From an uncultured Eubacteriales bacterium (GTDB lineage Bacteria; Bacillota; Clostridia; Peptostreptococcales; Anaerovoracaceae): a DNA stretch of 64,000 nt. A program made the translations under genes and the position numbers. Where the stretch lies: assembly GCA_900315485.1 (NCBI GenBank), contig OMZI01000025.1, forward strand, positions 1,816 to 65,815, given 5' to 3'. A model generated the notes under the pieces. That model ran no database searches. It was not told where the DNA came from and saw nothing but the letters and a program-made list of their open reading frames with translations. Of the stretch, positions 56,442 through 64,000 are shown piece after piece (the first letter of the stretch is position 1; every line of letters begins with the position of its first letter).

Positions 56442-57191
56442 ATGGAAAAATACACTCTGAGACCGGTCGCTCACATCCGGTCAGACTACAATGAAAAATT
56501 CGGCATCCCGAGGCAGCCGGGACTGGTCAGCCTCGAGCAGGCGGTCGTCATAGACCCTGAGTTCAGAAACGCTGATGCGCTGAGAGGGCTTGAGGATTTT
56601 ACCCACATCTGGCTCATCTGGGGCTTCAGTGCGAATGAGGTCAACATGGAAGCGGACCCGGTGAAGTGGTCGCCGACTGTAAGGCCTCCGAGGCTGGGGG
56701 GCAAAATCAGAAAGGGCGTATGGGCGACAAGATCCCCGTACCGTCCCAATTCGCTTGGCATGTCATGCGTCAGGCTCGTGCGGATCGAGCACGGCGGCAG
56801 ACCTGTGAGCAGTACGGAAGGGATCGGCGAGACACAGGAAGAACTGGCGATAATAGTATCCGGTGCGGATATGATGAACGGCACACCTGTATATGATATC
56901 AAGCCTTACATCCCGTATTCAGACTGCCATCCCGAAGCGGGCGGAGGTTTTACCGACACAGCTGAATTCAGGAGGCTCAGAGTCGAGTTCCCGGAGGAAC
57001 TTCTCGGGCTGATAGACGCGGACAAGCGGGAAGGACTGATATGCGTTCTTGAGTCCGATCCGCGCGGAGCGTATGAAAAGCAGCCCGGATATACATACGG
57101 CATGTCGTTCGGGAAATGGGATATAAAATTTGCAGTAGACGGTGATGTCCTTAAGGTCACGGACGTTGCCGGTACAAGAGCTGATATATAG
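56442..57191 (+). CDS. trmO: tRNA (t6A37-N6)-methyltransferase TrmO (TsaA/YaeB family)
   Basis: Motif LRPVAHIRSDYNEKFGIPRQPG. Confidence 0.8.
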   Translation: MEKYTLRPVAHIRSDYNEKFGIPRQPGLVSLEQAVVIDPEFRNADALRGLEDFTHIWLIWGFSANEVNMEADPVKWSPTVRPPRLGGKIRKGVWATRSPYRPNSLGMSCVRLVRIEHGGRPVSSTEGIGETQEELAIIVSGADMMNGTPVYDIKPYIPYSDCHPEAGGGFTDTAEFRRLRVEFPEELLGLIDADKREGLICVLESDPRGAYEKQPGYTYGMSFGKWDIKFAVDGDVLKVTDVAGTRADI

Positions 57192-57204
57192 TGATCAAAC
57201 GGTT

Positions 57205-57834
57205 ATGAAAGACAGAAGATGTGTGATTATCGGCGGTGCAGAAATTAAGGAATATGACCGCATCCGCTCATATCTAAAAGAAGATGATTTTGTAATATAC
57301 TGTGACAGCGGTCTCAGACATGCAGAGGGGCTCGGAAGAAAGCCTTCTCTTATAGTTGGGGACTTTGATTCATATGAGAATCCGCATGCGGATACAGAGA
57401 CCATCGTGCTGCCTGTAGTCAAGGATGACACAGACACCGTATATGCAGCAAAGGAGGGCATGAGAAGGGGGTTCAGAGACTTCCTGATGCTGGGCGTATT
57501 CGGGGGCAGGATGGACCATACACTTGCAAATGTGTATCAGATGTTCGACCTGGAGTCAAAGGGCTGCACGGTCCTTGCGGCGGATGACTATTCCGAGTTT
57601 ACGGTCATATCTGAAGGCGGGGCGGCCCGCGTCAGCGACAGATACCCGTTTTTCTCTCTTCTGAACATGACCGGAACTGCAAGAGGAATATCTATTAAAG
57701 GCGCAAAGTATACGCTCGACGGTGCCGAGATCACAAGCGGATACCAGTATGCCGTAAGCAACGAGGTGCTGCCGGGACAGACAGCAGAGATAACCATTAA
57801 AGAGGGAAGACTTCTTCTTATAATGGACCTGTGA
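57205..57834 (+). CDS. thiN: Thiamine pyrophosphokinase
   Basis: Internal ATG at 57205. Motif CVIIGGAEI...YCDSG...IVGDFDS. Confidence 0.85.
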   Translation: MKDRRCVIIGGAEIKEYDRIRSYLKEDDFVIYCDSGLRHAEGLGRKPSLIVGDFDSYENPHADTETIVLPVVKDDTDTVYAAKEGMRRGFRDFLMLGVFGGRMDHTLANVYQMFDLESKGCTVLAADDYSEFTVISEGGAARVSDRYPFFSLLNMTGTARGISIKGAKYTLDGAEITSGYQYAVSNEVLPGQTAEITIKEGRLLLIMDL

Positions 57835-57971
57835 TGATACTGTTATGACAGAGAAGACCGTTTCTGTTGTCATCATCTGAAAGAAAATAGAGTTGAGGGG
57901 CTCAACGTTCGGATTTTTGAGCTGCTCCGGATGTATTTTTTGTGTGAAAAAAAGATTCACACTTTGCTGCC

Positions 57972-58000
57972 TTGACATCACTTTGGATTCTTGTTAACAT
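57972..58000 (+). promoter_or_regulatory. Candidate sigma-A promoter for the pyr operon
   Basis: TTGACA (57972..57977), 17-nt spacer, TGtTAACAT (57995..58000). Confidence 0.45.
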
Positions 58001-58030
58001 ATGGCGATTTGAGATTAAAGGAGATATTTG

Positions 58031-59227
58031 ATGGATAAAATGAAGACTTCGAGAATCGAATTCAGCCCGACTGTAGACATAAGCTTGCTCCGAAAGGCGG
58101 GTGTCGATTTATCTTCTCAATACACTATTATTCCCGGTTTTTGCGACGTGCATGTGCACTTCAGAGAACCGGGTTTTTCTTATAAGGAGACAATAAAAAC
58201 AGGCGCTGAGGCTGCAGCACACGGGGGCTACACTGCAGTATGCACGATGCCTAACCTGAATCCGGTCGCGGATACGGAAGAGCATCTGGACGAACAGCTT
58301 GTGATCATCGAAAAGGATGCGTGCATCCACGTATATCCTTATGCGGCCATCACGATGGGTCAGAAGGGCGAAGAGCTCGCTGACCTTGAGAGCATGGCGG
58401 ACAAGTGCATAGCCTTCTCTGACGACGGTCACGGTGTCCAGTCCGATGACATGATGAGAGAGGCGATGATCAGGGCGAAGTCGCTGGGCAAAATGATCGT
58501 AGCCCACTGCGAGGTGAACGACCTTCTTAAGGGCGGTTACATCCATGACGGAAAGTATGCCGCAGAGCACGGCCACAGGGGCATCTGCTCTGAGTCCGAA
58601 TGGGGACAGATAGCAAGAGACCTTGAGCTGGCCAGGGAGACAGGCTGCGCCTACCATGTGTGCCACATTTCGACGAAGGAGAGCGTGGACATAATAAGAA
58701 AGGCCAAGGCTGAAGGTGTGGACGTAACATGTGAGACAGCACCGCACTATCTCCTCCTGGATGACAGCATGCTCGAAGAGGACGGAAAGTGGAAGATGAA
58801 TCCGCCTCTCAGGGATGCATCTGACAGAGAGGCACTCATAGAAGGCATCATCGACGGTACGATAGACTGCATCGCGACAGACCACGCGCCGCACTCAGCT
58901 GAAGAGAAATCACGCGGACTTGAGAAGTCTGCTTTCGGAATAGTAGGGATAGAGACAGCGTTCCCGCTCCTGTATACATACCTGGTGATCCCGGGCATCA
59001 TAAGCATGGAGAAGCTCGAGGAACTGCTGGTCTACAACCCGCGCAGGAGATTCGGCATACCTCTCGGCAACGACTACTCAGTATGGGACCTCGGAGTTGA
59101 GTGGACTATAACACCTGACCTTGACTTCCTCTCGAAGGGAAAGGCAACACCATTCGAAGGATGGAGAGTCAGCGGAATAAACGTACTCACTGTATGCGAC
59201 GGCAAGCCGGCATACATTCACAGATAG
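58031..59227 (+). CDS. pyrC: Dihydroorotase
   Basis: AAAGGAGAT RBS. Motifs DVHVHFREPG and ATDHAPH. Confidence 0.9.
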   Translation: MDKMKTSRIEFSPTVDISLLRKAGVDLSSQYTIIPGFCDVHVHFREPGFSYKETIKTGAEAAAHGGYTAVCTMPNLNPVADTEEHLDEQLVIIEKDACIHVYPYAAITMGQKGEELADLESMADKCIAFSDDGHGVQSDDMMREAMIRAKSLGKMIVAHCEVNDLLKGGYIHDGKYAAEHGHRGICSESEWGQIARDLELARETGCAYHVCHISTKESVDIIRKAKAEGVDVTCETAPHYLLLDDSMLEEDGKWKMNPPLRDASDREALIEGIIDGTIDCIATDHAPHSAEEKSRGLEKSAFGIVGIETAFPLLYTYLVIPGIISMEKLEELLVYNPRRRFGIPLGNDYSVWDLGVEWTITPDLDFLSKGKATPFEGWRVSGINVLTVCDGKPAYIHR

Positions 59228-59239
59228 AAGGAGGGCAGT

Positions 59240-62200
59240 ATGGCAAAGAGAAAAGACATCAAGAAAGTACTTATCATCGGTTCGGGCCCGATCGTTATCG
59301 GTCAGGCAGCGGAGTTTGACTACGCCGGAACACAGGCGTGTCTCGCACTCAAGGAAGAGGGGTATGAAGTTATCCTGTGCAACTCCAATCCTGCAACGAT
59401 CATGACAGACACCACTATTGCAGACAAGGTGTACATGGAGCCTCTGACACTTGAATATATAGCCAAGATCCTCAGATACGAGAGACCGGACGCTATCGTT
59501 CCGGGTATCGGCGGACAGACAGGACTCAATCTGGCAATGCAGCTTGAGAAGAAGGGCGTTCTCGACGAGTGCCGAGTCAAGCTTCTGGGTACACCGAGCG
59601 AATCCATCGAGAGAGCTGAGGACAGAGAGCTCTTCAAGGAGATGTGCCAGTCGATCGGCGAGCCGGTCATCCCGAGCGAGATCACATACAGCATCGAAGA
59701 AGCCAAAAAGGCTGCTGAGGACATCGGATATCCGGTCGTTCTGAGGCCTGCGTTCACACTCGGAGGAACAGGCGGCGGTTTTGCCAACGATGAGAAGGAA
59801 CTCGAAGATATCGCCATCAATGCGTTCAACCTCTCACCTGTACACCAGGTTCTCGTAGAGAAGTCGGTCAAGGGATATAAAGAGATCGAGTTCGAGGTAA
59901 TGCGCGACGGAACAGACAAGGCGATCACCATCTGCGGCATGGAGAACGTCGACCCTGTCGGAGTGCACACAGGTGACTCCATCGTAGTTGCGCCAATACT
60001 TTCCCTCAATGAACACGATCTCAGGATGCTGAACGACTCAGCCATCAAGATCATCAGAGAACTCAGGATCGAGGGTGGATGCAACGTCCAGTTCGCTCTG
60101 CATCCAGAGACAAGCGAGTATTATCTGATCGAGGTAAACCCTAGAGTTTCGAGATCATCTGCGCTCGCATCCAAGGCTTCCGGCTATCCTATCGCAAGAG
60201 TAACAGCCAAGATTGCTGTAGGCATGACACTCGACGAGATCGAGGTAGCAGGCGGCAAGGGCAGCACTGAGCCTAGCCTTGACTATATAGTTGCAAAATT
60301 CCCGAGATTCCCGTTCGACAAGTTCGCGGACGCTTCCAACAAGCTCGGAACACAGATGAAGGCTACCGGAGAGGTCATGGGCATAGGCGCTACTCTGACA
60401 GAGAGCTTCCTCAAGTCCATCAGATCGCTCGAGACCGGTGTATGCCATCTCCATCTTGCAAAATTCGACGGCATGAGCCGCAACAAGCTCATGGAGTACA
60501 TCTCCGAGTTCAGAGATGACAATATGTATGCTATCGCTGAGCTTCTGAGAAGGGGCATCAGCATAGATGAGATCCACAAGGTCACCATGATCACGGATAT
60601 CTTCCTTCAGGCCTTCAAAGAGATCGTCGACATGGAGAAGACTCTCAAGGACAGAGTCAACGACGTGAAGACACTTAAGGCTGCGAAGGTCCTCGGATTC
60701 TCTGACAAGGAGATTGCGGCCATCTGGAACCTCACTGAGACAGAGATATACAACAAGAGAAAGCAGAACGGCATCGTTCCTATCTTCAGGATGGTAGATA
60801 CTCTCCACACAGGAAAGTACATCGCTTATCTCTACTCCTCATACACAGGTGAGAACGAATCGAGACTTACTGACAAGAAGAAGATCATCGTTCTCGGAGC
60901 AGGCCCTATCAGGATCGGTCAGGGTGTAGAGTTCGACTACTCGACAGTACACGCAGTACAGACCATCAAGCGCGCCGGCTACGAGGCAATCATCATAAAC
61001 AACAACCCTGAGACTGTTTCGACAGACTACACTACAGCTGACAAGCTGTACTTTGAGCCTCTGACAGTCGAGGATGTAATGGCTATCATCGATTTCGAGC
61101 AGCCTGAGGGCGTTATCGCTACACTCGGCGGCCAGACAGCCATCAACCTCGCAGAGCCTCTGAGAGACAGAGGTGTAAAGCTCATCGGAACCGACTGCGA
61201 AGCGATCGACAGAGCTGAGAACAGAGACAGATTCGAGAAAGTGCTCGAAGAGCTTGGCATCCCGCAGCCACCGGGGCGTGCAGTCACCAGAATCGAGGAC
61301 GGTGTAAGGGCAGCAGCTGAGATCGGATATCCGGTGCTCGTAAGACCTTCTTTCGTACTCGGCGGACGTGCGATGCAGATCGTAGGCGATGAGGAGCAGC
61401 TCAGGCATTACCTCAAGACCGCTGTAGAGATCGACGAGGACAAGCCTGTACTTGTAGACAAGTACATCCAGGGCAAGGAAGTCGAAGTAGACGCCATCTG
61501 CGACGGATACAATGTATTCGTACCTGGTATCATGGAGCTCGTTGAGAGGACGGGAGTCCATTCAGGCGACTCTATATCCGTATATCCGACTTTCTCCATC
61601 AGCAACAAGGTCAAGGGCATCATCCTGCAGTATGCAAAGAAGCTCGGACTCGGAATAGGCATCGTCGGACTGTACAACATCCAGTTCATCGTTGATGATG
61701 ATGAGAATGTATTCATCATTGAGGTCAACCCGAGATCATCGAGAACAGTACCTTTCCTGTCCAAGGCAACAGGATACAGCCTTGCTGACATAGCTACAGA
61801 GGTCATCCTCGGAAAGACTCTCAAGGAGCAGGGCATCTTCGACATATATCCTGAAGAGAAGAAGAGATACTACGTAAAGGTGCCGGTATTCAGCTTCAAC
61901 AAGATCAAGGGTCTGGACACATACCTCTCACCTGAGATGAAGTCGACAGGAGAGGCTATAGGATATGACGACAAGCTCAACAGAGCTCTGTACAAGGCTC
62001 TGACAGCATCGGGGACCAAGCTCCGTAACTACGGAACGGTCTTCGCAACACTCGCAGGAGATGACAAGGCTGAGGCTCTTCCTCTGATCAGAAGATTCTA
62101 CAACCTCGGATTCAACATCGAGGGAACTCCGGGAACGGCGAAGTATCTCAAGGAGAACGGTATCAGGACAAGATCGATGAAGAAAATCAGCGACGGATCT

Positions 62201-62413
62201 GATGAGATCCTCGAGGCCATCAGAAACGGACACATCGCTTACATCATCAATACAAGGAAGGTAGGCGACCACGTTACAGCAAATGACGGACAGCTGATCC
62301 GCCAGTGCGCAAGCGAGAACAACGCGACACTCTTCACTTCGCTGGATACAGTAAGGGTCCTGCTCGATGTACTCGAGGAGACTACTCAGACGATTTCAAC
62401 TATAGACGCATAA
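59240..62413 (+). CDS. carB: Carbamoyl-phosphate synthase large subunit
   Basis: 1057 aa with duplicated ATP-grasp halves (IIGSGPIVIGQAAEFDYAGTQA and VLGAGPIRIGQGVEFDY). MGS-like C-terminus. Confidence 0.95.
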   Translation: MAKRKDIKKVLIIGSGPIVIGQAAEFDYAGTQACLALKEEGYEVILCNSNPATIMTDTTIADKVYMEPLTLEYIAKILRYERPDAIVPGIGGQTGLNLAMQLEKKGVLDECRVKLLGTPSESIERAEDRELFKEMCQSIGEPVIPSEITYSIEEAKKAAEDIGYPVVLRPAFTLGGTGGGFANDEKELEDIAINAFNLSPVHQVLVEKSVKGYKEIEFEVMRDGTDKAITICGMENVDPVGVHTGDSIVVAPILSLNEHDLRMLNDSAIKIIRELRIEGGCNVQFALHPETSEYYLIEVNPRVSRSSALASKASGYPIARVTAKIAVGMTLDEIEVAGGKGSTEPSLDYIVAKFPRFPFDKFADASNKLGTQMKATGEVMGIGATLTESFLKSIRSLETGVCHLHLAKFDGMSRNKLMEYISEFRDDNMYAIAELLRRGISIDEIHKVTMITDIFLQAFKEIVDMEKTLKDRVNDVKTLKAAKVLGFSDKEIAAIWNLTETEIYNKRKQNGIVPIFRMVDTLHTGKYIAYLYSSYTGENESRLTDKKKIIVLGAGPIRIGQGVEFDYSTVHAVQTIKRAGYEAIIINNNPETVSTDYTTADKLYFEPLTVEDVMAIIDFEQPEGVIATLGGQTAINLAEPLRDRGVKLIGTDCEAIDRAENRDRFEKVLEELGIPQPPGRAVTRIEDGVRAAAEIGYPVLVRPSFVLGGRAMQIVGDEEQLRHYLKTAVEIDEDKPVLVDKYIQGKEVEVDAICDGYNVFVPGIMELVERTGVHSGDSISVYPTFSISNKVKGIILQYAKKLGLGIGIVGLYNIQFIVDDDENVFIIEVNPRSSRTVPFLSKATGYSLADIATEVILGKTLKEQGIFDIYPEEKKRYYVKVPVFSFNKIKGLDTYLSPEMKSTGEAIGYDDKLNRALYKALTASGTKLRNYGTVFATLAGDDKAEALPLIRRFYNLGFNIEGTPGTAKYLKENGIRTRSMKKISDGSDEILEAIRNGHIAYIINTRKVGDHVTANDGQLIRQCASENNATLFTSLDTVRVLLDVLEETTQTISTIDA

Positions 62414-63231
62414 TGAAGCAAGGAATATTTAGTATAAAAGAGAATACGCAGCTGACGCCGACCACATGGCGCATGGTACTGGCAGGAGATACTTCTGCGG
62501 TAACTGCGCCCGGCCAGTTCATCAACATCAGGCTTGACGGGCATTTTCTCAGAAGGCCTGTCAGCGTCAACGATGTGAAGCATGCCGAGCCTTATACGGG
62601 CGAGGGTCTCGGGACCGGGAATGATGAGGGTGCTGTCACCATCATATACAAGGTGCTCGGACAGGGAACTGAAGAAATGACTAAGATGCCGGCCGGTACT
62701 AAGCTGGATGTGCTGACGGGGCTCGGAAACGGATATGATCTGAGCGATGCAGGTGACCGTCCGCTGCTTATCGGAGGAGGAGTCGGCATACCGCCGCTCT
62801 ACCTCGCAGCTAAGGAACTTATTAAGGAAGCGAAGTCCCGCGGAATGGACAGGGAAGTGACCGTGATCCTGGGATTCAATTCTTCCGAAGAGATATACTA
62901 CGCGGACGAATTCGAGGAGCTCGGATGCAGGGTGACTGTTGCTACTGCTGATGGAAGCGAAGGCGTGAAAGGCTTCGTTACAGATGCCTTCAGAGTGCTG
63001 TCACCGATCTGGAATTTCACTCATTTCTATACCTGCGGTCCTGAGCCGATGCTGAAGGCTGTGTATGAAGAGGTATATAAGGGAGCCGGGATATCCGGGC
63101 AGATGAGCTTTGAAGAGCGCATGGGATGCGGATTCGGAGCGTGCATGGGATGCAGCTGCAGGACAGTCACGGGCTACAAGAGGATATGCAAGGACGGGCC
63201 GGTGCTCAGAACGGAGGAGATACTATGGTAG
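62413..63231 (+). CDS. pyrK: Dihydroorotate dehydrogenase electron-transfer subunit
   Basis: TAATG overlap with carB. FAD/NAD fold and a C-terminal 2Fe-2S cluster (CGFGACMGCSC...C). Confidence 0.9.
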   Translation: MKQGIFSIKENTQLTPTTWRMVLAGDTSAVTAPGQFINIRLDGHFLRRPVSVNDVKHAEPYTGEGLGTGNDEGAVTIIYKVLGQGTEEMTKMPAGTKLDVLTGLGNGYDLSDAGDRPLLIGGGVGIPPLYLAAKELIKEAKSRGMDREVTVILGFNSSEEIYYADEFEELGCRVTVATADGSEGVKGFVTDAFRVLSPIWNFTHFYTCGPEPMLKAVYEEVYKGAGISGQMSFEERMGCGFGACMGCSCRTVTGYKRICKDGPVLRTEEILW

Positions 63232-64000
63232 ATACTAAAGTCAATCTCTGCGGCATAGAACTGGACAATCCGGTGATACCGGCTTCGGGCACATTCGGTT
63301 ACGGCTATGAGTTCGCAGAGCTCTATGATATCAACTGCCTCGGAACGTTCTCCTTCAAGGGGACAACGAAGGATCCGAGATTCGGCAATGATACTCCGAG
63401 GATCGCAGAGTGCCCTTCGGGAATGCTCAATTCCGTCGGACTTCAGAACCCGGGCGTGGAGAAGGTCATCTCGGAAGAGCTTCCTAAACTGGCAAAGGTA
63501 TTCAGCAAGCCTGTAATGGCCAATGTCAGCGGATTCTCTGTAGACGAATACGTATACACGACTGAGAAGCTTGCTGCCGAGGAGCAGGTCGGATGGCTTG
63601 AGATCAACATCAGCTGTCCTAACGTTCACGGCGGCGGGATGTCGTTCGGTACCGATCCGTGCATGGCGGCAGACGTTGTTAAGGCGGTGCGCAAAACGAC
63701 AGACAAGCCTCTGATCGTCAAGCTGTCTCCTAACGTGACGGACATTGTGTCGATCGCAAAGGCGTGCGAGGATGCAGGTGCTGACGGAATAAGCCTCATC
63801 AATACCCTGATGGGAATGAGACTTGACCTTAAGAAGAGAAAGCCGATTCTGGCCAATGTCACCGGCGGCTACTCGGGACCTGCGGTATTCCCGGTCGCGC
63901 TGAGAATGGTGTATCAGGTATCAGGTGCGGTCAGCATCCCGGTCGTCGGTATGGGCGGCGTATCATCTGCTGAGAATGTCATTGAGATGATGATGGCCGG
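63225..64000 (+). CDS. pyrD: Dihydroorotate dehydrogenase catalytic subunit, class 1B (3' end outside the window)
   Basis: Own translation from ATG 63225: MVDTKVNLCGIELDNPVIPASGTFGYG...GLQNPGVEK...EINISCPNV. Open to the window end and not present in the ORF track. Confidence 0.9.
   Translation, partial: MVDTKVNLCGIELDNPVIPASGTFGYGYEFAELYDINCLGTFSFKGTTKDPRFGNDTPRIAECPSGMLNSVGLQNPGVEKVISEELPKLAKVFSKPVMANVSGFSVDEYVYTTEKLAAEEQVGWLEINISCPNVHGGGMSFGTDPCMAADVVKAVRKTTDKPLIVKLSPNVTDIVSIAKACEDAGADGISLINTLMGMRLDLKKRKPILANVTGGYSGPAVFPVALRMVYQVSGAVSIPVVGMGGVSSAENVIEMMMA

Noticed and set aside
62305-62412. N-terminal extensions proposed by the ORF track: pyrK from 62305, DUF1638 from 41503, thiN from 57142, the ATPase from 7984, and the MT genes from 35043 and 40649.
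   Set aside because: The extensions overlap the preceding gene or start at non-ATG codons without an RBS. Internal ATG or GTG codons with good GGAGG-like RBS give proteins that begin where family homology begins.

Overview
This 64-kb window looks like it comes from a Clostridia-type Firmicute, judged from gene content, GGAGG-type ribosome-binding sites (RBS) and Gram-positive lipoboxes. Almost every gene from 801 to 53552 is on the + strand. I found no rRNA, tRNA, CRISPR array, transposase or integrase. There are five blocks.

(1) 1..2827: a divergent pair. The minus strand carries DUF2284 and the start of a uroporphyrinogen-decarboxylase-family (URO-D) methyltransferase. The plus strand carries a stand-alone homocysteine S-methyltransferase domain protein, translationally coupled to cytoplasmic CbiK.

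(2) 2931..8910: a cobalamin riboswitch is followed by two unusual lipoproteins and a BtuFCD-like importer. The lipoproteins are an exported CbiK paralogue and a two-domain protein of unknown family.

(3) 9243..34847: a nearly complete anaerobic B12 pathway. It runs cbiP, a cobT-cobU fusion, cobS, cobC, cbiB, cobD, cbiC, cbiD, cbiF, cbiG, cbiH, a cbiJ-cbiE-cbiT fusion, cbiA, hemB, hemC, cobA-hemD, cbiL and sirC. The block is interrupted by two degenerate tandem-repeat arrays. It also contains a Cys-rich mini-protein, an ABC-2 exporter with a membrane-anchored paralogue of the lipoprotein domain, and a MoxR-type AAA+/VWA (von Willebrand factor A domain) pair.

(4) 35067..53552: a corrinoid-dependent methyltransferase island. 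It holds five URO-D/MtaA-like paralogues, one corrinoid protein, a RACo-type reductive activator, a frameshifted DUF1638 and a leucine-rich-repeat (LRR) protein. With them sit a TauABC/SsuABC-like importer, a PatB-type C-S lyase, an NhaC-family carrier and a 953-aa Fe-S flavoprotein.

(5) 53654..64000: housekeeping genes, namely a GT4 glycosyltransferase, a CDF transporter, trmO, thiamine pyrophosphokinase and pyrC-carB-pyrK-pyrD.

The most interesting candidates are:
- the riboswitch-controlled surface proteins, as possible corrinoid capture proteins;
- the recurring uncharacterised beta-rich domain tied to the B12 locus;
- the AAA+/VWA pair at the end of the cob operon;
- the multi-paralogue methyltransferase island, whose neighbours point to an organosulfur substrate.

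All functional calls come from motif recognition by eye. No database search was run.
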